Source: Octopus sinensis (lineage: Eukaryota). From it: a stretch of 64,000 nucleotides of DNA. Below, in pieces: positions 37,699 to 51,143 of the stretch. Below the pieces are notes generated by a model that had not been told where the DNA came from, searched no databases, and saw nothing but the letters and a program-made list of their open reading frames with translations. The number at the start of each line of letters is the position of its first letter. Within the stretch, counting starts at the first letter, position 1. The stretch spans positions 77,314,001 through 77,378,000 of the forward strand of contig NC_043005.1 of assembly GCF_006345805.1 (NCBI RefSeq), read 5' to 3'. Position numbers and translations under genes: made by a program.

Positions 37699-39319
37699 CA
37701 GTTGCGGCCAAAATGTTCAGAACGGCATTGTTTTCGTCAGAAAAGTAAGTATAAGTTTTTATCAAAGTAGTTTTATATTCTATAATTTTCACAGACAATA
37801 AATACAATATTAATTGTTATTGTCTGAGATGTAATTTCGGTGTAATGTGAGAGGAGAATACAAAAGTTATGGATGATTTAGTGATTTACTGCAAAACCCA
37901 TGGCGGCCAAAAGGATCAGAACGGTTGAAAAAATAACAAAATAATCAAAATTGACAGAGAATACTGGAATTATTTAATATTTAGTGTGAAGCCCTTTAAC
38001 TTGAATCACACTCTGACATCTTCGACTGCATGAGGAAATTAAATTTTCAATTTCTTGCTGGGTGATCTTATTCCATTCTTCCTGAAGGGCATTCCAATAA
38101 TTGCTCTTTTTTTAGGATTTCTGGCTTTCGAACGTTCTCCTAGAATATTCCACAGATTTTCAATAGGATTGAGATCTGGGATTTGAGCAGGCCAATCCAT
38201 AATAATAATCTTTTCAGCCTTGAGGAAGTTCATGACCACCTTAGCCTTATGACATGGGGCATTGTCCTGCATGAATATGGGTGGTCGCTTAGTTGAATTT
38301 CTCAGCACAGGCAAGACATGATCTTTTACAAGTTGTTTATAAACTCCTGCATTTATCTTTCCATGTAATCGCACCAAAGGGCCCACACCATCTCCAGATA
38401 TCATCCCCCAAACCATGACACTTCCTCCACCGAATTTAACACTCGTCTTAAGGCATTTAGGCGACAATTTTTCACCTACTTTTCTACGAACGTACCTTTT
38501 CCCATCTGAGCCAAATAACATAAACTTAGATTCATCACTGAAATGCACCGTTTGCCATTTTTCTTGAGACCACAAAACATGTTCGGTTGCAAAGGTAAGA
38601 CGACACTTTTTATTCTTGGAGCTGATCAGTGGCTTCATTGCAGGTGCAGGTCATGTTCAACTAAACGACGAGACACAGTTTTCCGAGATAAAGTTTTCTT
38701 CAATACAATGCTCATTTTCCGAGAAACAGCAGCAGCAGTTTTAAATCTGTCCTTTTTAACCAACTTTACCATAGCACAATCTTCTCTCTTGGTCGTTTTT
38801 CTTGGCCTACCTGTAAACTTTCTTGCTTCACACGAACCACAATCATCGTAGACCTTAAGAATACCGTGTACAACACTTTTTGACTAGTTAACAATCTTTG
38901 CAATAGATCCAAAACTTAAATTATCCTTCCTTCGAAGCTTAATAATCTGCTGACGAATTGGTAACGGAATAAGTGGCATTATATTAACAAAGTACACTGC
39001 AAATATTCTTACTAATGTATAGTAAACGAACCATCACGTAAACAAATTCAAAACATTAGAGTTCGCCGGTTAAATATACTAAAACACGGAGTAAAAGCAA
39101 CCGCTCTGATCATTTTGGCCGCCATGGTTTTGCAGTAAATCACTAAATCATCCATAACTTTTGTATTATCCTCTCAAATTACACCAAAATCTCATCCATA
39201 AAAAATAATATCGTAATTATTGTCTGTGAAAATTATAGAATATAAAACAACTTTGATAAAAATTTATATCTACTTTTCTGACGAAAACAATGCCGTTCTG
39301 AGCGTTTTAGCCGCCACTG
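37699..39319 (-). mobile_element. Full-length (1621 bp) Tc1-family transposon with ~225-bp IR/DR-type TIRs, inserted in (TA)n
   Basis: Left TIR cagttgcggccaaaatgttcagaacggcattg.. (37699-37926) matches the reverse complement of 39098-39319; TA on both sides; outer and inner direct repeats gcggccaaaa.g.tcagaacgg in each TIR. Confidence 0.95.
37974..38979 (-). pseudogene. DD34E Tc1 transposase, inactivated
   Basis: ATG at 38979 (MPLIPLPIRQQII..), GRPRKT motif, FSDESKF / QDNAPCH / DLNPIENLW with 34 residues between the second D and E, stop at 37974 (..GLHTKY*). Premature TAG at 38884-86 and frameshifts near 38820, 38640 and 38105. Confidence 0.93.
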
Positions 39320-39323
39320 TATG

Positions 39324-39383
<60 letters not shown>

Positions 39384-39431
39384 TATATATATATCTGTGT
39401 GTGTTTGTATATATATATATATATGTGTGTG

Positions 39432-39725
39432 TGTGGAGGTGCTATGGCCCAGTGGTTAGGGCAGCGGACTGGTGGTCGTAGTATCGCGGTTTCGATTCCC
39501 AGACAGGGCGTTGTGAGTGTTTATTGAGCGAAAACACCTAAAAGCTCCACGAAGCTCCGGCAGGGGGTGGTGATCCCTGCTGTACTCTTTCACCACTCTT
39601 TCTCTCACTCTTTCTTCTGTTTGCCTACCCGCTTAGCCAGCAGGGTGGCGTCATTCGAAGGCTAAAAAACTATGCGAACGCATTGTGACCAGCGATGTGT
39701 AGCAACAACTGATGGTCTGGTCGGT

Positions 39726-39731
<6 letters not shown>
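39432..39731 (+). mobile_element. Family C tRNA-derived SINE
   Basis: gtggaggtgctatggcccagtggttagggcagcgg..gtttcgattccc (A and B boxes); body shared with 40046-40340 and 48055-48362. Confidence 0.88.
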
Positions 39732-39781
<50 letters not shown>

Positions 39782-39824
39782 TATATATATAATATATATA
39801 TATATATAGATATATATATACATA

Positions 39825-40045
39825 CAGGGTGCGTAAGATATTTGAAGATGGATTTATGTTTATAAAAAATAGATATATAATAACAGTTAACTTTATCACA
39901 AAATGATATGAGGATAAAAATAAACTTTTTCTATAATGTTATTCAATAAAGCCACCTTCAGCTTCAACAACTGCTTCTATATGAGATCTAAATCATCTAC
40001 ATGCTCGAATCAAGTGGTCCTGGTTCATTTGGGACATTACTCTTG
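39825..40045 (-). mobile_element. Second maT-like mariner 3' remnant, truncated by a SINE
   Basis: Minus RVMSQMNQDHLIRACR*FRSHIEAVVEAEGGFIE* (stop 39939-41); end ta|cagggtg at 39825. Confidence 0.8.
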
Positions 40046-40340
40046 TGTGGAGGCACATGGCCTAGTGATTAGAGCAGCGGTCTCGTGGTCGAGGGATCGC
40101 GGGTTCGAATCTCAGACTGGGCGATATGTGTGTTTATGAGCGAAACACCTAAGCTCCACGCGGCTCCGGCAGAAGGTAATGGCGAAACTTCTGCTGACTC
40201 TTTCGGCACAACTTTCTCTCACTCTTTTCTCCGGCATCTTGCAGCTCACCTGCGACGGACCGGCGTCCCGTTCGGATGGGGAACCTATACGCCAGGGAAA
40301 CCGGCCATTAAGAGCCAGGTATGGCTCGAGAAGGAACAGA
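40046..40340 (+). mobile_element. Family C tRNA-derived SINE
   Basis: A box tggcctagtga, B box ggttcgaatc. Confidence 0.88.
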
Positions 40341-40814
40341 CAAGGTCTGTGGTATAAAAACAGAGAGAAAATGGCACAAGCATCACCCAAATTCAGTAAC
40401 AGGAGCTGTGACAATCATTTGAGATATTTCTGTGAACGCCGACAGAATGATCAAGATTAATAGATTCGATATAATTGTGAAAGGCCGTTAAAAGTAAAAG
40501 TGCAATTTAATTGACATAAGCATGCCATGTGATCGTAATATATACAGGAAAGAATTCTGGAATTTCAGTAAACTTAAGGATCTGACAATTCAGGATGAGA
40601 ACGACGACGACGATGATGATGATTATGATGATTATGATGATGATTTCTTCCCAATTAGACGCCGGTCCAGTGATTTGGAAGGATGGTGGGTCATACAAAA
40701 CTCTTGGCTCTACTACTTGACAAATATTTTATTTCATCGACACCACAAAGGATGAAAGACAAAGTTGATGTCGGCGCAATATGAATATGATGGTGTTAAT
40801 AATAATAATAATAA

Positions 40815-40901
40815 AGAAAAGAAGAAGAAGAAGAAGAAGAAGAAGAAGAAGAAGAAGAAGAAGAAGAAGAAGAAGAAGAAGAAGAGAAGAAGAAGAAGAA
40901 C

Positions 40902-40930
<29 letters not shown>
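40815..40930. repeat. (GAA)n(CAA)n microsatellite
   Basis: Direct reading. Confidence 0.95.
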
Positions 40931-40932
<2 letters not shown>

Positions 40933-41345
40933 AATTCCTTTCTCCTATAAGCACTTGGCCTAAAATTGTAGGGGAGGGAGCAAGTGGAATACATTGAGCC
41001 CAGTCCTAGACTGATAAAATAATCGAACTCGAAAGAATGAGGGTGAAAGTCGACCTAGGCAGCATTCGGACCTAGAACGCTAAGCATTTTGTCCGGCGCT
41101 CTAACGAGCCTTCAGTCATATCGATTCCTTTCATTGGAATCGATATAATTTATTTTATCGATCTCAAAAGGATGTGAGACTCGGCAGGATTGGCAATCAG
41201 TATTTAAAGAGGAAGAACAAAGATTTTTAAAGAAGGTATACTCTGTTACAAATTTGTTTGTTGCTTCTTTTATCGACCCAGAAACGGAAAGAATTAAAGG
41301 ACAAACCCAATGCAAACTTGAAGGAATTTCTATTTCGAAGGTTAA

Positions 41346-43110
41346 AGAAAGGTAACTAAATACTCCAAACAGGTTTTCAACCGGAGAATTGGTGTCTTAG
41401 AAGCCAGTGATATTAAAGATTGGGCAATGAAAGATAAATCAGGAAAATTCTTTCCAAAGAATATAGAGAATACTAAAACCCAGACTCATAAAGTCAAGAA
41501 TACCATAAAGTCGAGAACTGTATCCACTATAAGGTATACACTTTTCTCTTTTCTACTCTAGGCACAAGGTCATTTTGGGGAAGGCGGCCAGTCGATTAGA
41601 TCGACTGCAGTCGCAAATGGTACTTAATATATCGACCTCGAAATGATGAAAGACAGACGAAATACCTATTTCTTTACTACCCACAAGGGGTTAAACACAG
41701 AGAGGACAAACAAGGACAGACAAACGGATTAAGTCGATTACATCGACCCCAGTGCGTAACTGGTACTTATTTTATCGACCCCGAGAGGATGAAAGGCAAA
41801 GTCGACCTCAGCGGAATTTGAACTCAGAACGTAAAGACGGACAAAATACCTATTTCTTCACTACCCACAAGGGGCTAAACACAGAGAGGACAAACAAGGA
41901 CAGACAAACGGATTAAGTCGATTATATCGACCCCAGTGCGTAACTGGTACTTATTTAATCGACCCCGAAAGGATGAAAGGCAAAGTGGACTTCGTCGGAA
42001 TTTGAACTCAGAACGTAACAGCAGACGAAATACCGCTAAGCATTTCGCCAGGCGTACTAATGTTTCTGGCAACTCACCGCCCTCCACTATAAGACAACAT
42101 GTAAGAAGAATGACATGGACAAGGAAAATCTTGAGAATATAGAACGGAACACAAATAAATTATTGCCAATTAATTGGACCTTATATCCACAGTCAGATGT
42201 TGGCTGATTGTCTTTGAATAGAAAGGTTGAGAGAAGAAGATTGTTAAGTGGAGAAAACAGCGTGGAAGTTGTAGAAAGACCAAGGGAATATGTTGGTGAC
42301 ATCGAAGGAGCACTTTGAACAGCAGTAATAAAAAAGGACATGTTAACATAAAGAAGGGAAGATCTGAGATTACCTTCGCTAAGACAATGATATGAAGAGA
42401 AAATTTTACACGAAAATTTTCTTTAAATAATGTACTGGAATGTATTGAGATCAAAAGTCATTTCAATTGTCAAAGAAGTGAATGTGAAAGAAAGAGGCAA
42501 TGGGCTTGATTCTAGTTACGTAAGATCAAGCAATCAGAACAAGATACAGAAGAATAAGGAAGGAAGTGATCTCAGCTGAATTTAGAATGTGTGGCGAAAG
42601 AAAAGATATGGCAGCACATATTTTCACTGAATATAGAATGTTTGCTCACAGGTTCCATAAGAAATATAACTTGGTATGGTTGCTATAATCATATATTTAC
42701 AAATCTCTATAAACATAAATGCATTTGAACATAAAGTAAAATGGAATGACCATAAAACTGAACACATAATTGAAAATGAATATATAATGGTACTGTGGGA
42801 TACGAAACATGAAACGAATAAGCATATAGAACATTTACATCAAACATTGTTGTACCCAATAAACAAGAAAATGTTTATTGCTGTCCCGTTTACTACAAAA
42901 GTAAGAGAAAAAGAACATGTGAAATTAGGAAAATAATAGGATTTAAAACACAAATTTCAAAGGGTGTCTCAATTACTGTAGGATCTTTCGGAATAGTTGC
43001 AAGAAGATTAAATGGCTTGTTGTGGATGTTGGATTTTCTAACTCAACAGAATACTCATTTGCTTGGCAGGGCAACATGATATCCGTCAATCAAATACCGA
43101 CAGAACACCA
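41346..43110 (+). mobile_element. R4/Dong-like LINE fragment (RT thumb, zinc knuckle, RLE) interrupted by a SINE multimer
   Basis: IGVLEASDIKDWAMKDK..VSTIR; LYPQSDVG..; QAIRTRYRRIRKEVISAEFRMCGERKDMAAHIFTE (decayed CCHC); KWNDHKTEHIIENEYIMVLWD..; ITVGSFGIV. Confidence 0.8.
41534..42082 (-). mobile_element. Family A SINE multimer (one head, three bodies) inside a single TSD
   Basis: TSD tccactataag at 41523-41533 and 42083-42093; tail-to-body junctions at 41850/41851 and 41666/41667. Confidence 0.9.
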
Positions 43111-43165
43111 GCGAAATAACGACGACGACGACGACGATGACGACGACGATGATGATGACGATGAC

Positions 43166-43223
<58 letters not shown>

Positions 43224-43289
43224 TTAAGGATGATGACAATGAGGATGGAAGTGTCGGTGGTGTTAGTCGATTTCATCGATCACTTCTAG

Positions 43290-44500
43290 GAGCATTGTAC
43301 CGCTTTGCTTAAAGAATCCAGACAGTTAAAGATATCCAGTCCTTCTTTGCCAAAGAAAATCAACGGGCGGTGCCCTAGAGAGATTCAACTGACAGCTTAG
43401 ATTTACACGACACAATTCAACAGATGTTCGATATAACTGCGCAAGTCAGAGACATTTGATTACTCGACTAATACTTCTAAATCAGTTTCATTGTTCTGCA
43501 TGCAAATTCGCTAAGTCCAGCTAACAACACTGATTTACCTGAATTTATTCTGAACAAACAATTTTGATTAATACACGGGTCAATATTTTGACTTGGCTAT
43601 AAACCTAGAGCAGACGTTATCCGGTATAGACAAACTAGTCGACCACCATCAACGTCCACATTCTCCTTTCTCCTTGGCAATATTGTTGTTCATTCCTGAC
43701 ACAAATCCTGTATAGATTATTTGTCCTACGTCTCACAAGGCATGAATTCAACTGTTGTGCGCTCCTGACAATATGTCAAATGTCAGTTGCCCAGTTTTGT
43801 TCTATGGCCGAGACAACTATTGTAAGGCCTATTAAAAAGACGAATTGAAGAATGACGTCTGACAAACAGAAACTGTACTTAATCATCCTCTATGAATATC
43901 CGGAGATTCCACAACCTCGAGATATACATGTGCAGAGGGTGCTGAGAGTTGATGGACACTCTGATGGGTGGAACTTGTTAATTCTATAAAAACGACAAAA
44001 GAAAGGATCTAGTCTGATCAGATGTTCTCTGGGACAAATAACAACGGCCGAATGGTAAAACACAACGGAAGTCATATAGGCATTCGCTACCTCTACACAA
44101 TGAATTTATGGGTTGCCTCTCTTCAGCCTATTTCTTGTGTAACAGGCCGCCTTACTCTCATAACCCCATCACAACTGATAACCATCTGGAGATCCAGACA
44201 ACATCATTCTTCAAACACTTTTTACGGGGGTGTAGCCTAGCAATAGATGGCTCCCACGTTGCAGGCAAACGTGTACTTGCCTGACCAGCTGCTGAGCTGC
44301 AAGCCTACCAATTTTTCCTGGTTAACATGCATTCTTTTTATGACATTCGGCATGGTTCTAATCGCGTTGATCTCGGAAATGCCTCACACTTAGACTCCGA
44401 CAAGAATTTTCTACGAACCCACTTTGAAGAAGTTTCAACGATGACCTACTTCCTGTTTACTGAGAATTTGCTGGTATGTTACCATTTGTGATAGACAACC
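43290..44500 (+). mobile_element. Heavily decayed L2/CR1-group LINE 3' half
   Basis: Only faint peptide resemblance (post-YADD and 3' regions); many stops. Confidence 0.35.
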
Positions 44501-44569
44501 GCGAAGATCGTACCAAACGAATCTGGCCTGTACGGTGTTAATAATAGAAATAATAATCATTTCTACTGG

Positions 44570-44765
44570 AAGCACAATGCCTAAAATTTGGTAGGGGTGG
44601 GATTTAAGTAGATTACATCGAACCCAGTGCGTGACTGGTGCTTATGTAATCGACCTCGAAAAGATGAAAGGCAATGTCGACCTCCGCGGAATTTGAACTC
44701 AGTAAGTAGCGACGGGCGAAATATAGCAAAGCATTCCGTCCAGTGTGCTAACGATTCTGCCAGCA
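44570..44765 (-). mobile_element. Family A SINE, older tail type
   Basis: cctaaaatttgg...atcgacctcgaaaagatgaaaggc...gaatttgaactcag...gctaacgattctgccagc. Confidence 0.85.
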
Positions 44766-45344
44766 ATAATAGTAAGAATGATAATTTCGTATATAAACAC
44801 AAAACCACAAATAGTGGAGGGTAGGCATGGTATTTACTGGTATCTATTTCATCTACCGTAGAGTGATGCGAAGCAATATCAGTTAGGCGATTTGAACCCA
44901 GGACGTATAAGTTTCGTAATTAAATACCGCAAGGTTTCGTTCGAAGGTCTTCTGATTCTGACAGACGAAGAGTATGCATTTGGGACAACACACAGATTAA
45001 TGAATTAACTTCCGTATTTAACAGGGAAATTATTTTACAAATTCCGTAGGAAGGATACATTGCTGACCCTTACTACCAATTCTAGCTTAGCGACAGCATC
45101 ATTATCATCATTATCATTGTCATGGAATTGGAAGAAAAATAAAGTTGACGGACGCATGGTAGTATGAAGGGACGTATCTAATTATACTTAGGCATTTTGT
45201 CCTTCGTAATATAGCCCTGGTTGTCGATGCTAACGATTTATTATATTAACAAAGGGCCCCACAAAAAAGTTTTCAGACGATGAATCCTCTCGGTTGAATT
45301 GATCTTGAGAATTACCCATGGACATAAATATGTCTCTCTGTCTG

Positions 45345-45428
<84 letters not shown>

Positions 45429-45478
45429 TCTTTCTATCTACCTATCTATCTATCTCCCTCTCTATCTATCTATCCATT

Positions 45479-45518
<40 letters not shown>

Positions 45519-46109
45519 AAAATTCAAGTTGCTTACCTAAAATTGAATAAAGTAAAATCGGTGACGTCAGAATGTAGAGGAACAGACACTAAATAATGAA
45601 TAGCACTTAAACTGATGATCTACTGCGCCCGCTACCCCCATTTTGAAACACTAGACTATGATGATGATGATGACGACGACGACGACAACGACAACAACAA
45701 CGATAATTACTGTCACGATGAATGATGGTGATAGTAAGAGACAGAAAGATATATCATCGGTGATGAAAATGACGGTTGTGATAATTGTAATGCTAATGAT
45801 GATGGTGATGATGACGATGATGATGATGATGATGAGATTGTCGTCCATACCAGAGTTGTCGCGTCGTGAACGTTATTTGACACATTGCTACAAATCAATG
45901 CGGGACAGGTTTTAGCTGATTATATATCGATCTGTTTGCTTGATTGCTTCAAGTCGGTAGGATGAAAGTTCGAAAAATCAATCCTGGTGGAATTCGTAGA
46001 TCAAACTTACAACAACTTAAAATGACATAAGTGAATATAGAAATTACATTTTGTTCGCCGCACTGATGATTCTGAAAATTTATCTTAAAACAGAAACATA
46101 CAAAATGAT

Positions 46110-46385
46110 GACTCAAAAATATTTTTTAAATATAAGAAGCTTGCTTCCCAACCACATCGTTCCGGGATCAGTCCCACTCCGTGGCATCGTGGTCAGTGTG
46201 TGCCATAAGAGCCTCGGGCCCTCCACAGCCTTCTGAAGAGATTAGGTAAACGGAAACTGAAAGGAAATGCGTGTGCACGTGTATGCGTGTACGTGGTGTG
46301 TGTGTGTGTATGTGTGTGTATGTGTGTGTGTCCTTGTGTCTGTTTGTTCCCCCACCATTGCTTGACGACCGGTGTTAGTGTGTTT
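46110..46385 (+). mobile_element. Family B SINE 5' part
   Basis: agcttgcttcccaaccacatcgttccgggatcagtcccactccgtggc..ggaaactgaaagga. Confidence 0.8.
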
Positions 46386-46524
46386 ATTTCATTTAAGAGA
46401 TAATGAATTATGTACATTGTTTACATTATTTATATTTGACGGATATTTGTCCTCATTTTGTTAGTTGCCCATGGGCATATGGTGTGTAGTGGTTAAGAGC
46501 GCGGCCATATTATTTCATGATTGG

Positions 46525-46715
46525 AAGAAGAAGAAAAAGAAGAAGAAGAAGAAGAAGAAGAAGAAGAAGGAGAAGAAGAAGAAGAAGAAGAAGAAGAAGA
46601 AGAAGAAGAAGAAGAAGAAGAAGAAGAAGAGAACAAGAACAAGAAGAAGAAGAAGAAGAAGAAGAAGAAGAAGAAGAAGAAGAAGAAGAAGAAGAAGAAG
46701 AAAGAAGAAGAAGAA
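46525..46715. repeat. (GAA)n microsatellite, ~190 bp
   Basis: Direct reading. Confidence 0.97.
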
Positions 46716-47531
46716 GATGCAGTGGCAGTAATGGTGATGAATGTTGTTGCCGCGATTAATGCTGTTGTTGTTGCTGTTGTAGTTGTTGTTGTTGATGATG
46801 ATGATGATGAGGATGTTTAGGATGTCGTTCAACATAAACATATTGCGAGCCGCAGTAAAGGACAGTAAATAGTTATGCACGTTAATATGCGTTAGTATGT
46901 GTGTGTGTGTGTGTGACTGTGTATGTGTGTATGTGCGTGCGTGCGTGTGCACGTGTGCGTATGTGTGTGTGTGTGTGTGTGTAAACATATAAGGACATAT
47001 GACATATGATCCTACACATGTATGTATATATAAGTACATACAGATACATACGCACACTTCTCTGTTTAGTATGTATCCTTTCTTTACACACACATGTATA
47101 CATCCGCACATTCACACACATATACATATATACATATATTAATATCTATATTTATGTGTGTGTGTGTGTGGTGTGTGTGTGTGTGTGTGTATGTGTGCAC
47201 AAATACTCACATACACACAATATAATGTTATTACGTGCGAGTGTGTGTCTGCACATGTATATATATTATGTATGGGTGTAGATATAATAGAACTAGATAT
47301 ATATATATATTATATATATAGATATATCTATATATATATATAGATAGATATATATATTATATAATATACATATATATAATACTTATATATATATACATTA
47401 TATCTTACTTATAGATAAGATATATATATATATATTTATATATATATATATATACTTCTATATATATACATGATATATATATATATACACTATATATATA
47501 TAATATATATATACTATATATATTATATATT

Positions 47532-47562
<31 letters not shown>

Positions 47563-48054
47563 TATATATATTATATATATATATTGCATGTATGCATGTA
47601 TGTATATACATATACAGAGAGAGGGAGAGAGGGAGAGAGAGAGACAGATAGGAGACTGTGTGAGAAGGATAGGGTGAGAAAGAGAGAAAGGCTTATGAAA
47701 ATTTTACATTGTTATACAAGAGTATGTGTTATAGTGTCTACGTGTGTAGTTGCAAGCTTATGTGTGTGAGTGTATGTGTGTGTATTTGTGTGTATTGCAG
47801 CATTATCTCTGTGGATGTTGGATGCTGTCGGTCGCAGTATTTACATAATCTTTTCTCTATGACGTCAGAATCAATAATTGCATTACAATTAATAACAACA
47901 GATCGTTCTCTGTTATTAATAACAAGAGTAGAAAATATTGACGTGACAGAATTCACCTACTCTACCTCAACCCTAAATTACCTTGCATTATCTTAAATTT
48001 ACCCCTTGCCTGTGCTGTATCTAACCTGTGATATCATTTATTTTATTTATGCGC

Positions 48055-48362
48055 CCTTTTCAAGCCTAGCCAGGCTCATGGACCCGGTTTCCCGGTTTCT
48101 GTGGCGTTTGTGTCCCCCGCCCCAGCTGGGGGGAACACATACGCGTGTTCCATCGCAGCTTTACTCAAGAAGCAGGAAGAGAGAGTGATAGAAAGTTGGG
48201 GCGAAAGAGTACAACAGGGGCCGCCACAACCCCATGCCGGAGCGTCGTGGAGCTTTAGGTGTTTTCGCTCCATAAACACACACAACGCCCGGTCTGGGAA
48301 TCGAAACCGAGATTCTCCGACCGCGATCAGCAGCCCTAACCAATAGGACACTGCGCCTCCAC
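48055..48362 (-). mobile_element. Family C SINE
   Basis: Minus head gtggaggcgcagtgtcctattggttagggc..gtttcgattccc. Confidence 0.88.
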
Positions 48363-49290
48363 CTAAACTGTGATAAACTGGACGTATTTTCTCTGGTATC
48401 TATGCATGATATATGATACACATGCCCATTTGTTTTCAATCACAGGAGTAGCTTTGGACTTATGAAAGGAAAGCTTTGTATTTCTCAGAACGTATGAAAG
48501 AAGGGATTAAATAAAGTCTAAATACAAGCATTGATGTTCAGGACAAGCTCATGAAAATGTTTTGGACAGGCGAAGGGTTAGATATTAGACTCTTGCGACG
48601 ATGATCGGCTTTCCATTCTTCAAGGGTTTGATAAATGAGATTGGCATTCACTTCTTGTGGTATATGTGTTTTATCCCTTTAGAACCTTGCAAATTAAGTT
48701 TGTGACAATGACCACAATAATTAATCAATCAGAATTGAGAAAATTACCATATTTATTCCGGTTCGGACATCCGGGGTTCAAATTACACCGAGGTCTACTT
48801 TGCCTCTCATTTTTTCAGGGTCGATAAAATAAGTGCCAGTTAAGCACTTGGATCGATGCAATTGACTTACTCCTTTCCCGAAATCACTGGCTTTGTGCCA
48901 AATTTTGAAACAGTTACCATTATATGCTTATCATCAGCAGCATCATCGTCCTTATCTTTTATCAATATTACCATTTTTATTATTCATAGCTTGTTTCATT
49001 CATCAAGAATTTTTCTTTTTTACATCAGAAAGAATTAGTTACATAATGGAAAATATGAATAAATATAGTCAAAGTTAAACATCTGTTAACGTGAGACATA
49101 CTCTAACGATATTTATAGATTTTACTATAACTGTTCTTTGGGTCGCGCTTAATCTTTCAAGTCACCTTTCATCCTCTCGGGGTCGATAAAATAAAGTTCC
49201 TGTCAAGTACTAGAATCAATGGTATCAACAAATCCCTCCCTTCATAATTACTCGTCTTGTGCTTCATTAGAAAAAAATTATTATTGTATT

Positions 49291-49486
49291 GTTATCTTTT
49301 CCTGATTAAGTTGGCCGTTATTTTACGAATACATTTCTTTAACTTGGTTGGCTTTCTCTCTCTTCTCCCTCTTTCTCTCTCAATCTCTCCTCTCTAGAGA
49401 GAGAGAGAGAGAAAGAGAGAGAAAGCCAACCAGGTTCAGGAAATGGATTCGTAAAATAGTGGGTAACATAATCAGGAAAAGATAAC
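49291..49486. repeat. ~196-bp fold-back centred on (CT)n-ctag-(AG)n
   Basis: gttatcttttcctgattaagttggccgttattttacgaatacatttctttaacttggttggctttctctctc pairs with gagagagaaagccaaccaggttcaggaaatggattcgtaaaatagtgggtaacataatcaggaaaagataac. Confidence 0.88.
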
Positions 49487-50089
49487 ACTATCTTTCTATC
49501 TCTCTCACTTTCTATCTCTCTCCCATTCCTTCACTCTCTCTCATTCTCTCTTTCCTTCTCTTTCTCTTTCTTACTCTCTCACTCACGCTCACTTTTTCTC
49601 TCCTCTTTTTTATGTATTTTGTTGTTTCAACAAGTTTCTGCTATCTTGTTGCGAAGATTACAACCGACCAGTTTCGTGTCATTTTCTCTCGTCTCCAAAC
49701 TTTCATTTCTCTAGATTTTTATATCTTTATATCAACAAAATGCAAATACATCACTGAGATGCCTTGCAGACTTTATCATAAGCATCAAAAGTTACGGGAC
49801 TTTATCTTTCTCTAAGTTCTAACTCAATTGTACTGTGCATTTGTAGTTATAAGCCTTAATATCATAGTATCACAGTATCGACCACACTGTCGGATGTTGT
49901 TATACATCGCTGGTCACAATGCATTTCTCATTGCTTTAGCTTTCGAATAACGCCACGCCACACTGACCAATAGGCTGCTCTGTCGCAGGGTTATCCATTT
50001 ACAGCTGGAACAACAACAAAGAAAGTGTTTTATTCAAGAGCACAACGCGCCGCCCGGTCCGGGAATCGAAAGACTTGACAGGAATTTCG

Positions 50090-50510
50090 TAAGTTCCTGT
50101 CAATTCTTTTAGGCAGATGTTTGGTACTTATTCATTTCTGGTGTCTGGACATTTCCAGTTCTTCGTACTATATAGCTGAAGTTGTTTCTCGGATGGATTG
50201 ATCTGCTATGAGTTCTTTTGCATTATAGTTCTTCTATTCTTATACTTCTCCGTCTGGTGTCCAACCAGTTGTTCATAATCCTCTTTGTATTGGTGTTACA
50301 TAGTTTCCATTTTGTTTCTAGCTGTTTGATGGTAAAACCATTTTCCTTTTGTTCGAGGTAAATTATTGCTGCCTTTGATAACGATAAATACTTTGCAAGT
50401 TCACAAGGAATTATTGACTTTGAATATATTTTATGTTTATAGTCTTGTATATACGTAATGTCTTTTTAATTTTAATTTTAAATCTAATATTAACTTCAAC
50501 ATGTTTCTTT
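50090..50510 (-). mobile_element. R4/Dong-like ORF fragment (pre-RT region)
   Basis: Minus ..LYSTKNWKCPDTRNE*VPNICLKELTGTYE (cf. NWKAPG.D.IPN.WLK.LT..H). Confidence 0.55.
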
Positions 50511-51089
50511 CCGCTATACATGTATATAATAGAAAAACAAAAATGACGAAGAATGAATATAGCACAATTTTATGTACCACTTCGTATCTTAAATCATTGC
50601 ACGTATGTGGCACCATGTGGAAATCTACGCAATTGATGTATTTTCAAAACTGATGTATATGCATGTGTATCCATGCATGAGTGAATATTTGTATCCAAGT
50701 ATAGCCGGGGTATTAGTGTGTTTTTGTGTGCTTTTGTCTTTGCTTGTGGTTCTTTACATGTGTACTGATTACATCCTTTCTTTACAATAACGAAGAAAAA
50801 ACTCGAAGTTTCTTGGAGTGCTGTTTAGCATCTACAACGACAATATTCTGTCCTTTTACTATACAAATTTCAAGACAAATGTTAAGCTTTAAACGCGTTG
50901 TATAAAGATCTGTCTAAGAAAAGCTAAACAAAACTGAGAAAATGTTAATCTATACCCTAGCTACAATGTAACCAGAAACTCTTTTGTAAAGATGACAATA
51001 AATCAAGTGAAAGACCAGTGTGCAGCAATGTGCATCTTTATTCTGCACAAAAGCAAGCACAGACGCAAGCAGTTATCATACATACACAG

Positions 51090-51143
<54 letters not shown>

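Noticed and set aside
41149-41355. 68-codon open frame (..QDWQSVFKEEEQRFLKK..)
   Set aside because: It overlaps decayed SINE blocks (ttttatcga.c.c.aaaggatg), has no ATG and no convincing splice sites.
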